64,000 bases of DNA from Neodothiora populina (lineage: Eukaryota): NCBI RefSeq assembly GCF_041146345.1, contig NW_027191402.1:1178001-1242000 (forward strand). The letters are read 5' to 3'. The notes below the pieces were generated by a model that saw only the letters and a program-made list of their open reading frames with translations, was not told where the DNA came from and did not search any database. Both the position numbers and the translations under genes were made by a program. Shown piece after piece: positions 37,044 to 49,408 of this stretch (within the stretch, counting starts at the first letter, position 1; each line of letters opens with the position of its first letter).

Positions 37044-38317
37044 ATGGCTATGGATGTTCACATGGACGATAATGCCCAAAGGACACCGACGACGACAACA
37101 ATCAAACCCCGAGGCAAGAAAGCGCTCAGGGGCATCCGCAGCCACAGCCGCAGCAACAAAGGCGCGCCCGGCGCAGCTGGAGCAACAGAAGACGCTCGAC
37201 TCGTAGAGAGCAGCCTACGGGACAAGACAGCAGCAAAGAGGAACAGCAATGGGGGCGACAAAGCGACAAAGAGCAACACGGCATGGGCGGCCTAGTTGAT
37301 GCTTGAGCCTCCACCCCTGCCTCCTCTTCCTTATGCAGCCGCCGCCGCCGCCGCCGCAGGCACACTCTCCTCGGCCTCGGTCGCACCCTCGCAATCCGCC
37401 TCACAGATGATGGATTATGCCTCGGCCTCGGCGTCGCAAGTCTCCGGCGCGTCGACGAGCCACCGCACCGGTAGCCCCGTCAGACGCGCCGCTGCCCTCC
37501 GGAACGCCCAGAAGCCTGTCCTGTTTCCCCGCTTGACCGCACACAATCGACCCGCCAATGTGGCTGATCTGTTGGATCAACTCAAGGACGTCGAGACTGG
37601 CATGGGCTTTGTGCCGAAAGCCATCGAGGCTCGGCTGGCCCGATTGGTCGACGACGAGGGCAAGAAGCTGCGACCTTGCAACACGGACAACAGCCCGACG
37701 AGCGCCGCTGAAGATGCCAATGCTATACAAGACCTGGCCCTGCTCGAGTTCCTCTACACCAACGCGACCTTTCTCCAAGAACGGCTTTGCCGGCGAGGCG
37801 GCGTGCAACGAAGCGATACACTATCCGCTCCTCTCTTTGGCTCTGCGGCCCTTCAATCAACACGTGATGCCATTCAATGTGTAAGAAAGAAAGCCACCAC
37901 CCTAATACCCTAACGCTGACAAGTCGGTTTATCAGTACAGCGGCTCGCATCTGCCCGGCCTTGGTCCCTCAGCATGGCGACATGCGCGATCGCTTACAAT
38001 CAAAAATGGTTAATTATACCGTCAACACCATCCCCAACACCGACCGAGCTAAGGATCGCATCCACGACATCATCGTCAACCAGGACTCTTCGCTCCAGAC
38101 GATCACCCAGACAACCTACCCTGTCGTCGACCGTCTGCCATGTGCCATATCCATCATGACCAAGCTTGCCACCTCCGGCGACGATGGCAGAGCCCAGATT
38201 GGAGTCTGGTCTTCGGCCTACTTCACCTGCTTGCACGAACTCCGCAAACAACGTCCCCTAACCATTCAACAACCTTCGTATTACCGGTACCCTAATCATA
38301 ATTCAATGTCTGGATAA
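37044..38317 (+). pseudogene. Fungal PD-(D/E)XK nuclease-like protein (PF20516-type), frameshifted and 3'-truncated
   Basis: GC-rich coding-like segment. SKMVNY...TITQTTY...PCAISIMTK...AQIGVWSSA resembles the KMVDY...SINQT...ISIETK...QLG.W consensus, with the catalytic acidic residues altered. Stop at 37293 and frame breaks. Confidence 0.7.
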
Positions 38318-38689
38318 AGCGTATAGAGCTGCTCTTTGAGCTGAGACCAGACATGCCCAATTGAATTCAAATCCGGCGAGTATGCCGGCCATCCGTCGAG
38401 CAATTGGACGTCGTTGTCGCGAAACCAAGCTTTAGATAGATTCGCTGTCTCGATCTGTGCTGCATCGATGACTATCAGAGAATCCCCTATGGCTTAAGGC
38501 CTGGGACAGAAACCAGTATGTGTCTCAGTAATTTTATAGCGTTGGTCTGCTAACATGTTCTACAGTTTACGTCAAATGCGCGCGGCTGTTTGCCCAATGG
38601 CCAACCCGTGAAGCGTGACGCATCTCGCTTCAGCATGTACGGATAAGCTTATGGAGGTAAAGGAGCGACTTGACCTTCAAAGATGAGAT

Positions 38690-39809
38690 ACATACCACCA
38701 TGTCCGATACGATGGTAATGTAAGCACTTCAACGCCAACGTAACTTCACCTGCTATCCTTCTAGCGATAGCACGAGGAATCTTGCTGTCGAGGTCTTCGA
38801 GTCCTTCAACGGTCCTTGAGTGTCTCTGGTACTGTTTTAGGCTTGATCTGGTCCCATAGACTGCTCCTCTCAGATTGATGAAGCTTTTTCACATCAGCTG
38901 TTGCATCTTCGACTGAAGGAGGTACGAAGATTCCCTTGATATGATATGCTCGTACAAGCTTTGGCGTCTGCGACACCTAGAGTTGCGGAGCCACTTCATC
39001 CATTAAAGAAATTTGTGAGCCATACGCGTTTTGATCTCTAGTGTAAAATGGATCGATACGTTCTGGCCCGTCTCCCAGATGGTCAAATCGGATCCAGCAA
39101 CGACGACTGGACTCTTCTGTGGGCCGGATTTCTTGCCAGACTCTGCATCCTTTCAAGGATATCGTTCTCTGACACACTACCCAGATACTCACGACTATCA
39201 ATGTATGCATCAGTCTTATGACGAACGACCATGGTCAGGTCATCAAAATGGTATAAGATGATGCTGTGATGACCAGTACTTCCGGCGATTCGTGTGGTAG
39301 TCTATGCTTTTTCAAATTCGTGGCCAAAGCCTCGAAACTCATCTTGCCCTATAAATTCGTGAGCGGATGAATATTCACGGGAAAATATAGCGCTTTGCTT
39401 AACAAGTTCTACCCTGAAAGCTAATGACTCGAGTCCATTTTACCTGTCGTAGGGTCGATGAATGAAGAAGCTTGCGGATCTTGCTTCGATTGGTAAAGAC
39501 ATCTACCTTGCTGACATCGAACTCAGGGCCTTCAACGTATAGAGATCGGAGCAGGGGCTCAAGCTGGCTCTGGGCATGCCGAGCTGCGTTCTGATTGATA
39601 TAGATAAGGCCGCTGTCTTCTTCAAGTTTCTTGGGCAATTCGATGCTGGACCAAGCTGGTGGACAACCAGGAACAGCGATTGTGGACTTTGGTGAATCTA
39701 TATAGTTGTACGACGTTAGGTGTCTCCCTCCTGTGATATAGGCTTCGCTTGATGTGCTGATGGACGCAAGTTCTGGGCGAGAGATCACGCTAAGTACTTC
39801 TGCTGCCAT
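38690..39809 (-). pseudogene. RAI1/DXO-like PD-(D/E)XK family protein (often mis-annotated 'geranylgeranyl pyrophosphate synthetase'), disrupted
   Basis: SYNY...TIAVPGCPPAW...NQNAAR...KIRKLL, then in shifted frames EFRGFGHEFEKA*, STGHHSII, VRHKTDAY, LEIKTR and PQL*VSQTPKLVRAYH. Confidence 0.75.
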
Positions 39810-40538
39810 TGTAGAGTGCACAATCTCATATGCAACGAGGGTACCGATGAGCTGTACTGTAAGTAGAATTACTAAGGGTTTTGAGATGAATGGCGGTCGT
39901 ATCAGAATTACCAAGCGGTGCGTTACGATCAATTACGAGCAAAGCATTCAGTTATAAGAGGATTCGAGACCTCCCACCTTGTCGCGACCCTTCGACAATG
40001 CCATGTTTGAGATCCCTGTTGCGCAGGTGCAACCTACTGCTCATAAATTGGCAATGCATGCAGAAAACCATTATCGGACCAAGATAGAGGGACAGCCGGG
40101 GGATTTTATGACAACGTCACGTGGCTACCATCAACAACTATCGATATTGTTCAGTGCAGTACTAGCTCACATTGACACGGGAGTTCGAAGCTGAGCTATC
40201 GCTCGTATATGCTGAAATGCAATCAATGGCAGGCAGCGCAAAAGCCGGAGTCGCAGGCACATAAGATTATGAAGATCAAACTTTGTTTTGCAGATGTTAT
40301 ACTCCATACTGCATACTCTTCATCTGAGAATGCACATAATAGAGGCTCGTATCACCAGAATAAGAGGCTTAGGTATAGTATCTAGGTTCCGATCCTTGTT
40401 CTGCTTAGCTACGACGTAGGATCAGTATGGCAGCTTGCCTATAAGAAGCTGGACAAATTATCTGTGAAGATTCTGTTCAACAATAACTACAAAAGACATT
40501 ACACCGATGTTTCGACTCCCTCCTAGCACAGAAGACGT

Positions 40539-41689
40539 CTATATGCACCATTCGTTACGATTTGCAAACTTTCGAGGTAATGCCAGCAGCAAACCCCTAG
40601 GATTGGTATGTGATATCTCCCCATCGCCTCCTGGAGTATCGAGCTCTCTGAAAACGGTACAAATTTGCGGCGGCCGGTATTGGTCTCGCTGGTTAGGCTT
40701 GTCCCAACGCACCCAGCCCTGCCTGGATAGGTTCAGAAAAGTAATGACCCCTATCTCGGAAGGGTTGCGTGCGCTCTGTAGTAGTCTCGATAGAGTCAGA
40801 AGAACCTTCTCAATTCGATCTTCGGGTGATTTCGTGTCGAGCGGGCTCTTGATGCTTGACCTGAAGTGGGATAGCTCCAGCAAGTACGCAATTTCACGGT
40901 ATTCAGGCCTCAAGGTTTCTGTGCGGAGCTTGTATGTAAAACATTGATCGATGGGTATATCCGGGGTAATTCCAATAGCATACACCCGTGACGTGGCAGT
41001 CTCGAGTTCCGAGGACGACAGTTCTGCTAGAGTTCTGCTGATCATTGTCAACCAGTCTTTTATAGGTGTTGTAACCCCGACCCAGACTCCTACAAGCCAG
41101 CTAAGCTCGTACTCTGCACTTGTTGCGTCAGGCCTTAGAGGTAGCATGTTCAACAAATCTTAACTGCGTCAGTAACATCGTCAAAGATATGCTGCCAATG
41201 AGACTCACGGTGATCTTCAGCTGCGCGTGTTGTATGTTCAACGGTCTGTGTGAAACCAATGATGTTGGGCTTTGAGAGTAGCAGCGACCCTCTCTTTCTG
41301 ACCTCGACAAGAAAGTTTTGATAAGTGATAGTACTAGTCATCATTAAGAGATCAAGAAAATCCCTAGTTTCTCCATATGAACAGGTCTGAAAAGATGCGA
41401 CATGTTGTAAGACGTATTCATAGAACATAGCGGAAGGCTCATTATCGTCGTCTTGGTCTCCTTCACTACCATATGCAGATGGCAAACACTTCGAAGGTGG
41501 GTGTGATTGACCTCTTTCAATCAATGCTTCGATGACCTTCCGGATATGTACGAATTCATCAACTGACATGTACAACAGGCAGCTTCGAAGGATTGTGAGG
41601 GTAACTTCCTGAAAAGTAATACTTCCGTTCATGACCGGATCCACTGGAAGCAATCTCCACGTCATAAGCCTTGGGAAAGGAGAAGCCAT
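40539..41689 (-). pseudogene. Uncharacterised protein split by a frameshift near 41155
   Basis: Two consecutive overlapping ORFs (179 aa and 205 aa) on the same strand. No family recognised. Confidence 0.45.
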
Positions 41690-42042
41690 CTAAATCAGTA
41701 GAAATAAGGCTTTGGCTGCTTGTGACAATGTAGTCTTTTGATGAAGCGACGGAAAAGTCTCGTAAAGTAGTGATCGGATGCGTAGGACTTCTGCAGGCTG
41801 ATAGCTCTACCTTTATATGATGCCAACCAGTCTATCTTCCTTCGTAAGTCCTCATCATCCAGCCAGAAGATGATATCACCAGATGCAGGTCTGTTCGAAG
41901 AGGTACCTGCATATTACACCTTTGATTGTTATGACAGTCACATCTTTGTTGAGATTTGCCTAATGGGCCGAGAAGCAAGCTCACTCTAGGAGCAAAGTAA
42001 GTAGTGTACCGACAGTACATACAAGCGAGCCGGCCTGCAGTA

Positions 42043-42245
42043 CTCTCCCGTCGTCATGTCGGGAGGAGAGAAGATGCTGGAAGGAGGGTAGAAAGGACAC
42101 TATTGGAAGATGCAGGCGAACAAGCCGCTATTGCTCTCCTGCCGTTATGTCGGGAGGAGAGAAGATGCTAGCAGGAGGGCAGAAGATAAGATACCCAATG
42201 AACATGCAGGCGAGCAAGCATATTATGGTATCCTCCCGTCGTGTC
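42043..42245. repeat. Imperfect tandem duplication of about 90 bp
   Basis: CTCTCC..CGT.ATGTCGGGAGGAGAGAAGATGCT...GGAGGG.AGAA...ATGCAGGCGA.CAAGC occurs twice, with the start of a third copy. Confidence 0.85.
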
Positions 42246-42699
42246 CACGTCAACGCTGAATCCATACTCATAAGTAGGGCCACAGCCTCTCATGATGCAT
42301 CGGGACGACACAATTATGGTATGTATTGTATTAGGTCCCTCGAAAGGTGCAAGTGTTTGATTAGCACTGGCTATGAGAACAGCTGTGATATTGCAGTGGC
42401 TTTCTAGTAGTAGTAATCACGGTAGGAGTGCGTAGACTGATATAACATGAAAAGTATGATCTACTCCGAACATGCGATGAGTCACGTGTCGCTCGATTGA
42501 GAAGCCTTGGTGGCCAAATCCCCACGCCGCTCTCCCCAACCTCGATTTATGTTCGTTCTCTGAGCGAACTTCGTGATCTACAAAATAACGCCAAGATCTT
42601 TCGAATTAGTGAGTGTACTTTGTTCTTAGTGTACATCCGCTCCTAGTATTATTATGATCACGTCTAAAGAATCGTCATACTAATAGGTGCAGTTTCTCG

Positions 42700-43386
42700 A
42701 TGGCTACCACCTCTAAACACGAACACCTTGACACTATGCCGCTCAACGACAGTGACAAGGAAGCCATTCGAACCTGCATGGTCAAGATTGATGCTGCCCC
42801 TTTACAACATGATAGTCCCCATATAGTTGATCTGAAGGGCTATATAATGTCCTTCTACCGTTCATGCGAGCGTTTAGCCCTTTGAAAAAGGTATACTTGT
42901 GATATAGAGATGTTTAACGGTAGTTCTATCAGCTAACGAGAGCCTTGTCCTTGTCAGATCCCAGGATCTGGATTTAAGGTTGCCGCGTTTCGTGTTGAAG
43001 ACACACTTAAAGTTTCGATACCAGAAAGTGTGCTGCTGGTGCCTACTGCAATTACATCTGGCCGGCTGTCTATCGACAATAAAGCTTTACGCCTGGACTG
43101 GTTGGGCAGTGAACAACATCTGCTCCTCAAAGAAATGCCACCCTTGAGCGAGCCATTTTCAGCGTTCGTCTGATCGGTCGAGGATCCGCTCGGCCAAGTA
43201 TTTGGAAACATAGTAGTGCTGACACAATTCAGTAAACTTCTTGAGATTTGGCAGGATGACCTACCAGAACTTCGAAAAAGCTGTTCCAAGATCGTCGTTC
43301 TCTATCAAGGGCTGCTCGCGATAGCTCGAACGTGGTCGAACTATATGCTCAAATATCTCAAAAGCAGCTTTCTATGGAAAAATTAG
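42700..43386 (+). pseudogene. Degraded intron-containing gene of unknown family
   Basis: ATG ORF followed by a GTATAC..GCTAAC..AG intron and a protein-like continuation with internal TGA stops. Confidence 0.35.
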
Positions 43387-43922
43387 CAAACAATCCAGAG
43401 AAAACGACTCGATAACGGACTGCTTCGTGCTGAGTTGCCCTCCACTGTTCGGCACCAAACATGCGAAGCCGCAACTTTGGTTGGTACTGAGGTGCACCTA
43501 TCTCGCTGTGAGTGTTCATTCCAAGAGAAATCGAAACGGTGGCAGTGACGAGAACTCTCGGTATACTCAGCAACAAGATGTAGGAACGTCGCCGCATGAT
43601 ATATATGTGACCTCGTACGGTGGTCATAGCATCAAAAGTCGATTCGGACTGGGCTCATCTACAGCTCATGGAAAGAAAGTCAATAAAAATGCTTGATTGA
43701 GGCACATTCAAAATTAGATCTTGGAAGCGATGTGTTACACTTTGGGGATTCAATTGTGTTTGTGGAGGTCTCCGATTTGCAAGAAAGAAAGTGGTTTGGC
43801 AATGCGAGCTATGGGATCGTTCAGTTAAATCTCGATCACAGCATTTTCTTAAATCGTCCTGCTCTGAATTGCGATGAGCACTCTTTCTCACGCACTGCAT
43901 CCATTCATATCCTCATGACTGC

Positions 43923-44591
43923 TCATAACCGTGTGGTAAGGAGGTCATCTGGCCGAGTGTGCGCTCCTGAAGCAGATTTGTCGCAGCGTTTTATGGCTTT
44001 GACCGCCATGCGATCCTCGATCCTTTCGAATGCCCATTCTGCTTCGACGAAGTCCGATTGTACTTGCAGAAGACTCCGAGTCGCGATGGTACCACCATTC
44101 ATAGGCATCGAATATTCGAACCAATTCGACTGCAACGATGATAGATAGGAAAGTGAAAGAACACACTCAAGCTTGTTTCTCAAGAGGAAGTACGCCAATT
44201 CGTCCAAGAATGTGCTATCCGGCACAACAACCAGATCGTCTGATAAGTCCACCGAGTATTCGTACGGCAAGAAACCCAGCTGCTCATTAAGAAAGAAGGA
44301 GCATGGCCGTACCGAGCGAGAACCCAACGGCTTTGCCTGGCATAGATCCAACTCGTTGCTTCCAACAGCAATTTTCGAATGCGTCATCACCATGTTGCTA
44401 GCGATATCCTGGTGACGGTGAAGCAGGGAGATGGAGAAGTGATTGTGAGCGTCATATTTGGCGAAGATCGTCGCTAATGCTAGGAGGATTGGTCGTTTGA
44501 TTATGTGCTCTTGCTCTTCGAAAGTCCTGATTGAGTTGTAGTGTGCTGCGGCTTTCGAAGCGTCCTTGTAGAGGCTGTATCGAGGCTCCAT
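43923..44591 (-). CDS. Uncharacterised fungal protein (222 aa; YNS...LATIFAKY...FSISLLHRH motif)
   Basis: Intact intronless ATG ORF with a family-like LLHRH motif and a C-terminal C...GAH. Confidence 0.7.
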   Translation of the reverse strand: MEPRYSLYKDASKAAAHYNSIRTFEEQEHIIKRPILLALATIFAKYDAHNHFSISLLHRHQDIASNMVMTHSKIAVGSNELDLCQAKPLGSRSVRPCSFFLNEQLGFLPYEYSVDLSDDLVVVPDSTFLDELAYFLLRNKLECVLSLSYLSSLQSNWFEYSMPMNGGTIATRSLLQVQSDFVEAEWAFERIEDRMAVKAIKRCDKSASGAHTRPDDLLTTRL

Positions 44592-44622
44592 TCCATCCGT
44601 GACGATATCGAAAGCTTAGGTA

Positions 44623-44838
44623 GAGAGGGGTGAGGATTGCCAAGCTCTAGGATTGCGAGCGTGTCTTTTGAAAGCTTTCACGTGGGTTATACAGGAGAGG
44701 GGTGAGGATTGCCAAGCTCTAGGATTGCGAGCGTGTCTTTTGAAAGCTTTCACGTGGGTTATACAGGAGAGGGGTGAGGATTGCCAAGCTCTAGGATTGC
44801 GAGCGTGTCTTTTGAAAGCTTTCACGTGGGTTATACAG
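44623..44838. repeat. Perfect tandem repeat, 3 x 72 bp, in a divergent promoter
   Basis: Units start at 44623, 44695 and 44767. Each contains the palindrome TGAAAGCTTTCA overlapping CACGTGGG. Confidence 0.97.
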
Positions 44839-44977
44839 TAGGTTGGACGGCTTGTGCATCCTAGGATGCCCGCGCCTTGTTTAAGGGCTTGGCGTTGCTC
44901 AATTTAAGGCAAATATCCCGCATTACACCACCTCATCCAATATAATCTCTATCCCACGCGTCTGCAACTCCTCCAAC

Positions 44978-45572
44978 ATGGTCGAAGATGATCTCATTGC
45001 TCGAGAACACCACGAGATCTACTCCCGTGCTGTAGGCAAGGGATTGTCCACGGAAGACATAAACGCTGCGAGCAAAATCATCGAACAAGCTCAACCACGC
45101 GACATCTACCGCAAGCATTCGGAGATTCCTTTTGTCTACGAAGTACTCACCACACCTGGTTGGCGAGAAGAGGTTTCGGCTTTGGCGGATCGTTGGGTGA
45201 CGGTACGTCTGAGGCACCATGGGCATGAGTGCACACTAATCAGGAAAACAGGACACGAAGAACATTCAACGGGCATCGACTTCTGTGGGGAGGATCGCGG
45301 AGAAGCACGGACCCGATCTTGTTCGGGCTTTCTGTATGTTTCGTTTGAAGGCTTTCAACTCGTCTGACTGGATACCGGTGTCTGAGGGAATGAGTATAGA
45401 CAGAGCGAAGAACCAGACAGTCGTTTTCGTTGCCCTTGTGGAATTAAATCCAAGCAATGGATTCTTCATGCCACTAGAGAAAGGGCAAGATGTGTGCATA
45501 GATGGCAATACTGTTCTGCGGTTTCCTCCTTGCGGTGGCGGAGTCGGTCTCTTCATATGTCTGAATCTGTAA
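44978..45572 (+). CDS. Uncharacterised protein (about 181 aa, two exons)
   Basis: Intron 45203..45251 (GTACGT..CTAAT..CAG) joins exon 1 in frame to ...VFVALVELNPSNGFFMPLEKGQDVCIDG...GGGVGLFICLNL*. Confidence 0.7.
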
Positions 45573-45584
45573 TCAAGATATGTT

Positions 45585-46927
45585 TCATCTGACTGCACGT
45601 AATGGATTGACTGCAAGCTGGGTGGCCTGTTTATAACCTAAAGCCTGGCTGATCAATGCGATGCTTTAAGGATCACTCAGTTAGGAATGGAAACACATGC
45701 GTTAATCATTGACTTACTGGATCTCATCCCGCAGAATCTTCCTGACAAGCGCAGGTACGAACAAAACCGTCCATGGTCCATTATGAGGTGGGATGCTCAC
45801 GAATTCTTGCCTGGTCAATTTCTGTTTGAGGTATTCGATACTATTATCTGCTGAGCAGGAAAGTCGGTAGTAGGAGGCGAGGCTTTGGTTCCCTATTACA
45901 TGTTAAGGTCCCCAAGTCAGCGTGCGGTGAATCGGACGTTGATACTGACATAGAAGGACAAGTTCTGAGGCTCGATTATTCCACCCATAAGCGTTCAAAG
46001 TGTCAATCAGCCTGTTTACATATACCGCGATTGCGAGCATTCGTATACAGTATCTGTCCGACCGGTTGCCTATGCATATTTTCACAACCTCCAGGATTGT
46101 CGTCTCAGGAAGTTTTTCCTCTTTGCGGAGTACAGCACATGCTGAGAAGAGCAAGAATCTTTGGAAGCCAGCGAGTCTGGCGGCTAACGACGCGTCGCTT
46201 TCTCTCCCAAGTGCGGATTCAGCGTATCGCCGAACGATGTCTGCAAGTCCATGACATCCATCAGCGGAATTTCTAGTAGCACTCAGCATGGTCGCGGGAC
46301 ATGTTCCGTCGAGCAAAAACCCAGCTGCGTTGCCATTCTGCATGATAGGAGAGATATCTGCATCTTTGATCGATCGCTTCCAGTCGATAGCCTTCGGTGT
46401 CATGTCAACTAGCTTTGCTGCATCTTCCTCCCACAAAGCGTGGCCCGGGTTGGACTTTCTGCGACGCTTCGCTTTCGGTTCCAAGTCTTTTACTTCCCAG
46501 CGACGAAATTGATCGTGCCTTGGAGGCTCAGGTCTAACCGACAACCGCTCTGGGGACGTGGGAGGAGTAGGCTGGGTATCCGGTACCGTTGAAGAAACAC
46601 AAATTGGCGATGGAATATGTGTGGTATCTTCACGTGGCGGTCGATTTGAAGGATGAGTTCTATACGAATGCTTACAGCAGGAAGAATGATGCCGCCTCAA
46701 ACAGAGGAGTCTATCCTCCAGATACAGAGCGTAGTCCTCTATCGTTCCAGTGAGATTGTCAAGCTTTGTAGCCATTGAAAGATGCGGAGAATGTTTACGC
46801 AAATTGAATGGGGCCTGACTGGTTTTGAATCAGGCCGTCTTGATTCGGCGGCAAAATTTTGCCATCCAAAGAGGTATACATTGTTGTCGATCATTAACAG
46901 AACGATTGCTGTCTGGGCATAATCCAT
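45585..46927 (-). CDS. Uncharacterised protein (multi-exon); start at 46927 via a putative first intron, or at 46775
   Basis: 299-aa ORF continues in frame across introns 45893..45949 and 45664..45717 to a TGA at 45585. Confidence 0.65.
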
Positions 46928-47486
46928 TCTGGGCTTAAGTGTAAGGCAGCTACCAAAATTGCCTATCTATCTTGCATGATGAAGCATACAACAGACGGCA
47001 TAAAATGTGGCTGATCTGTAGCGTTTGCTAAGTTCATCCACCTTTGTTAATCTGCCTCTAAGGGGCATAGAATCACTAACACCGATATCTATTAAACGCC
47101 ACCAACTAAATTGACAGGGATTGAGGATACGAACTTCTGCGATTCTAGCCACTGTCCATTCGTTTGGGCATATTACGATCCAGAAGAGCGGTACAAAGCA
47201 CTCTCAGTCCTGCTAGTCAAATGCGTCTCATTGCAGGGCCTACACACATCACTTTCCGTTCCTGCGAAAGAACATGCAGCTCGTTATTCAGTCGTGGTCG
47301 AGTGCTCTTTTGTTTAACACACTTCTCCTACAAAAGGGCAAGAGAGCCTTAATGAAATATAACCAATTCTTCATCAAAACCTCAATTACACATCACAAGA
47401 CTTCAATTACTCAACACCCTTCGAGCTCCAGGTGTGTACACAAGAATCGCTCAAAGACCTCGGTCAACTTACAACAGATACTCAGA

Positions 47487-47666
47487 ATGTGTAACGTCGA
47501 CGTAGCCACCACTATCTACCAATGCGGTGATAGAGTCAAGTCAGATGTCAAGTTTACGGCTTGTCCCAAGATGGGCACTCCCCAGTGTCCAGGTCGAGTC
47601 GAAAGACCCATGGGCTCTAGCAGAGTCAAGGGTAAGTGCGGCCGCGCAAGCTGTACGAACCCATGA
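47487..47666 (+). CDS. Small Cys-rich protein (59 aa, MC...YQCG...C...C...C....C)
   Basis: Six Cys in 59 aa. TATA-like AAATATAA near 47355 and a CA-rich leader. No hydrophobic signal peptide. Confidence 0.6.
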   Translation: MCNVDVATTIYQCGDRVKSDVKFTACPKMGTPQCPGRVERPMGSSRVKGKCGRASCTNP

Positions 47667-48531
47667 TGACAAACTCTCCCACTTGAGTGGTAAGTCTCTT
47701 TGCAATGAGCTGTGGATAATATCGAGAAACTTACAACTCCGATAGCGATTGGTATACAAGTGATGTAAAGAGCGGATTGACAGAAGCGTGAAGGATGGTC
47801 ACATTGTTCGTTGAGTAGCTCTAGGTACGGTTTCGCCTCATAGGTTTTCCATGCCTGTACGCAAATGCGGGAGCGTGTTATGATGCTGAATAAATAACCA
47901 ATGTCAATTTTCTATGGCGGCGAGTTTAACGTGTCTTAATTGTTACGGGGTCACCTCTGAAGACCTTCGGTGTGTTGGCTCAGCTGATCTGAGCTTGCGA
48001 AGCTCAGGCCTCGCTTCTGTCCTATATCTTCGTACGAAGATGAGGATACTTCTCTCTTTCTTTCTCCATCGAAACCTCCTTGTCCATAGTGGAACCAATC
48101 GATAGCATTTCCATTGCTTCCCCTTACACTCGGTAACCCAGCTCATTCGCTGCAAATCCTGGAAATTATACTTGCTTTGATCGCCGCTATTCAACGGAGT
48201 GAAAATACCCTGTATGTACATATCGTAGCTCGCCAAGATCCGGGGATCGCGATAGCGCAAATTGGCTCAGCGCTAAATCAGAATATCGTTCGGCGTCTGA
48301 TACAAGTTGACGTGCTTTCTCCCGCTATAAAGACCTTCTCTAAGTAACCCGCTCCCTCCCATCATTATACCACGGTTTCTACTCAGAATGGATGATGTTA
48401 GGCGCATATAGCTTGCCACAATATCTCTCTTGTCAGCTACATCACTTCCTATCACAAACTTCCTCCTACATCTTCTTCGCCCACGAAGGAGTTCCATAAC
48501 TCGGTACCTCTCTCGTAATCTTGACCCAACC

Positions 48532-49408
48532 ATGGACGTTATCAACCGAGGCTCAACCGCAGTCGTCAAGAGATACGGGCATGGTGTTGTAATCAAATGC
48601 CCCGATCGACCTTCTGGCCATGATAACATTGATTATCCCGAAATTGAGAAACAGATCCTCGATATTCTAGGGCCTCATCCTCGGATTATCAAGTAAGATT
48701 CTCAGACACATCTTTAACTCGTCGCCGCTGACAGTATGATCAAGTTTCCTAGGATATTCAGCGGAGCCGATAGGATTGTTGTTTACCGAAGCGAATTGTG
48801 GCGACCTACAACGCTACTTGGACAGTAATAATGAATTGATCAGAGAAACTCTCCGACTCAAATGGCGCCTTCAGGCCGCTGAGGCTATCGCTTACTTACA
48901 CAGCAAGGGAGTCATCCATTCCGATCTTCGTCCAGAAAATTTCCTGCTTCATATCTATAACGATAATGATGGTCCGGAGCTTTTGCTGTCCGATTTCGGG
49001 GGCTCGTACTACGAGAAAGACGGCAGAATAATTGATGGGAATCACTTACCTGACGCTGGATTTTTCAACCCCACAAAGCCATGGATCTCTACGGAAGATA
49101 CCGACATATTCGCGCTTGGCTCCGTTTTTTATACTATCATGACAGGCCATTGGCCGTATAAATTGCCAGGCCCGTTTGACTCTGTCAAGGATCAGGAGCA
49201 ATATGAGGAGAAGGTTAACGAACAATTCACGAAAAGAGCGTTCCCGCCCATTGAAGACCTGGTTGGTGGGGACATCATACATGAGTGTTGGACTGAGAAG
49301 ATCGACGATGCTAGAACAATCGTGTCTCGTCACAAGTCTTTGATCCAAAAAGGGGAGCAGGAAAGGAGAGGACTTATTGGACTTGCTTACAAATGGCTTC
49401 TGAAATGA
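48532..49408 (+). CDS. Protein kinase (two exons), intact
   Basis: RGSTAVV...VIK...HPRII, intron near 48693-48744, then HSDLRPENFLL, DFGGS, DIFALGS. Confidence 0.85.

Noticed and set aside
44616..44841. Repetitive ORFs on both strands; CRISPR-like appearance
   Set aside because: By-products of a 72-bp (multiple of 3) repeat. Units are contiguous with no spacers, and the DNA is eukaryotic.
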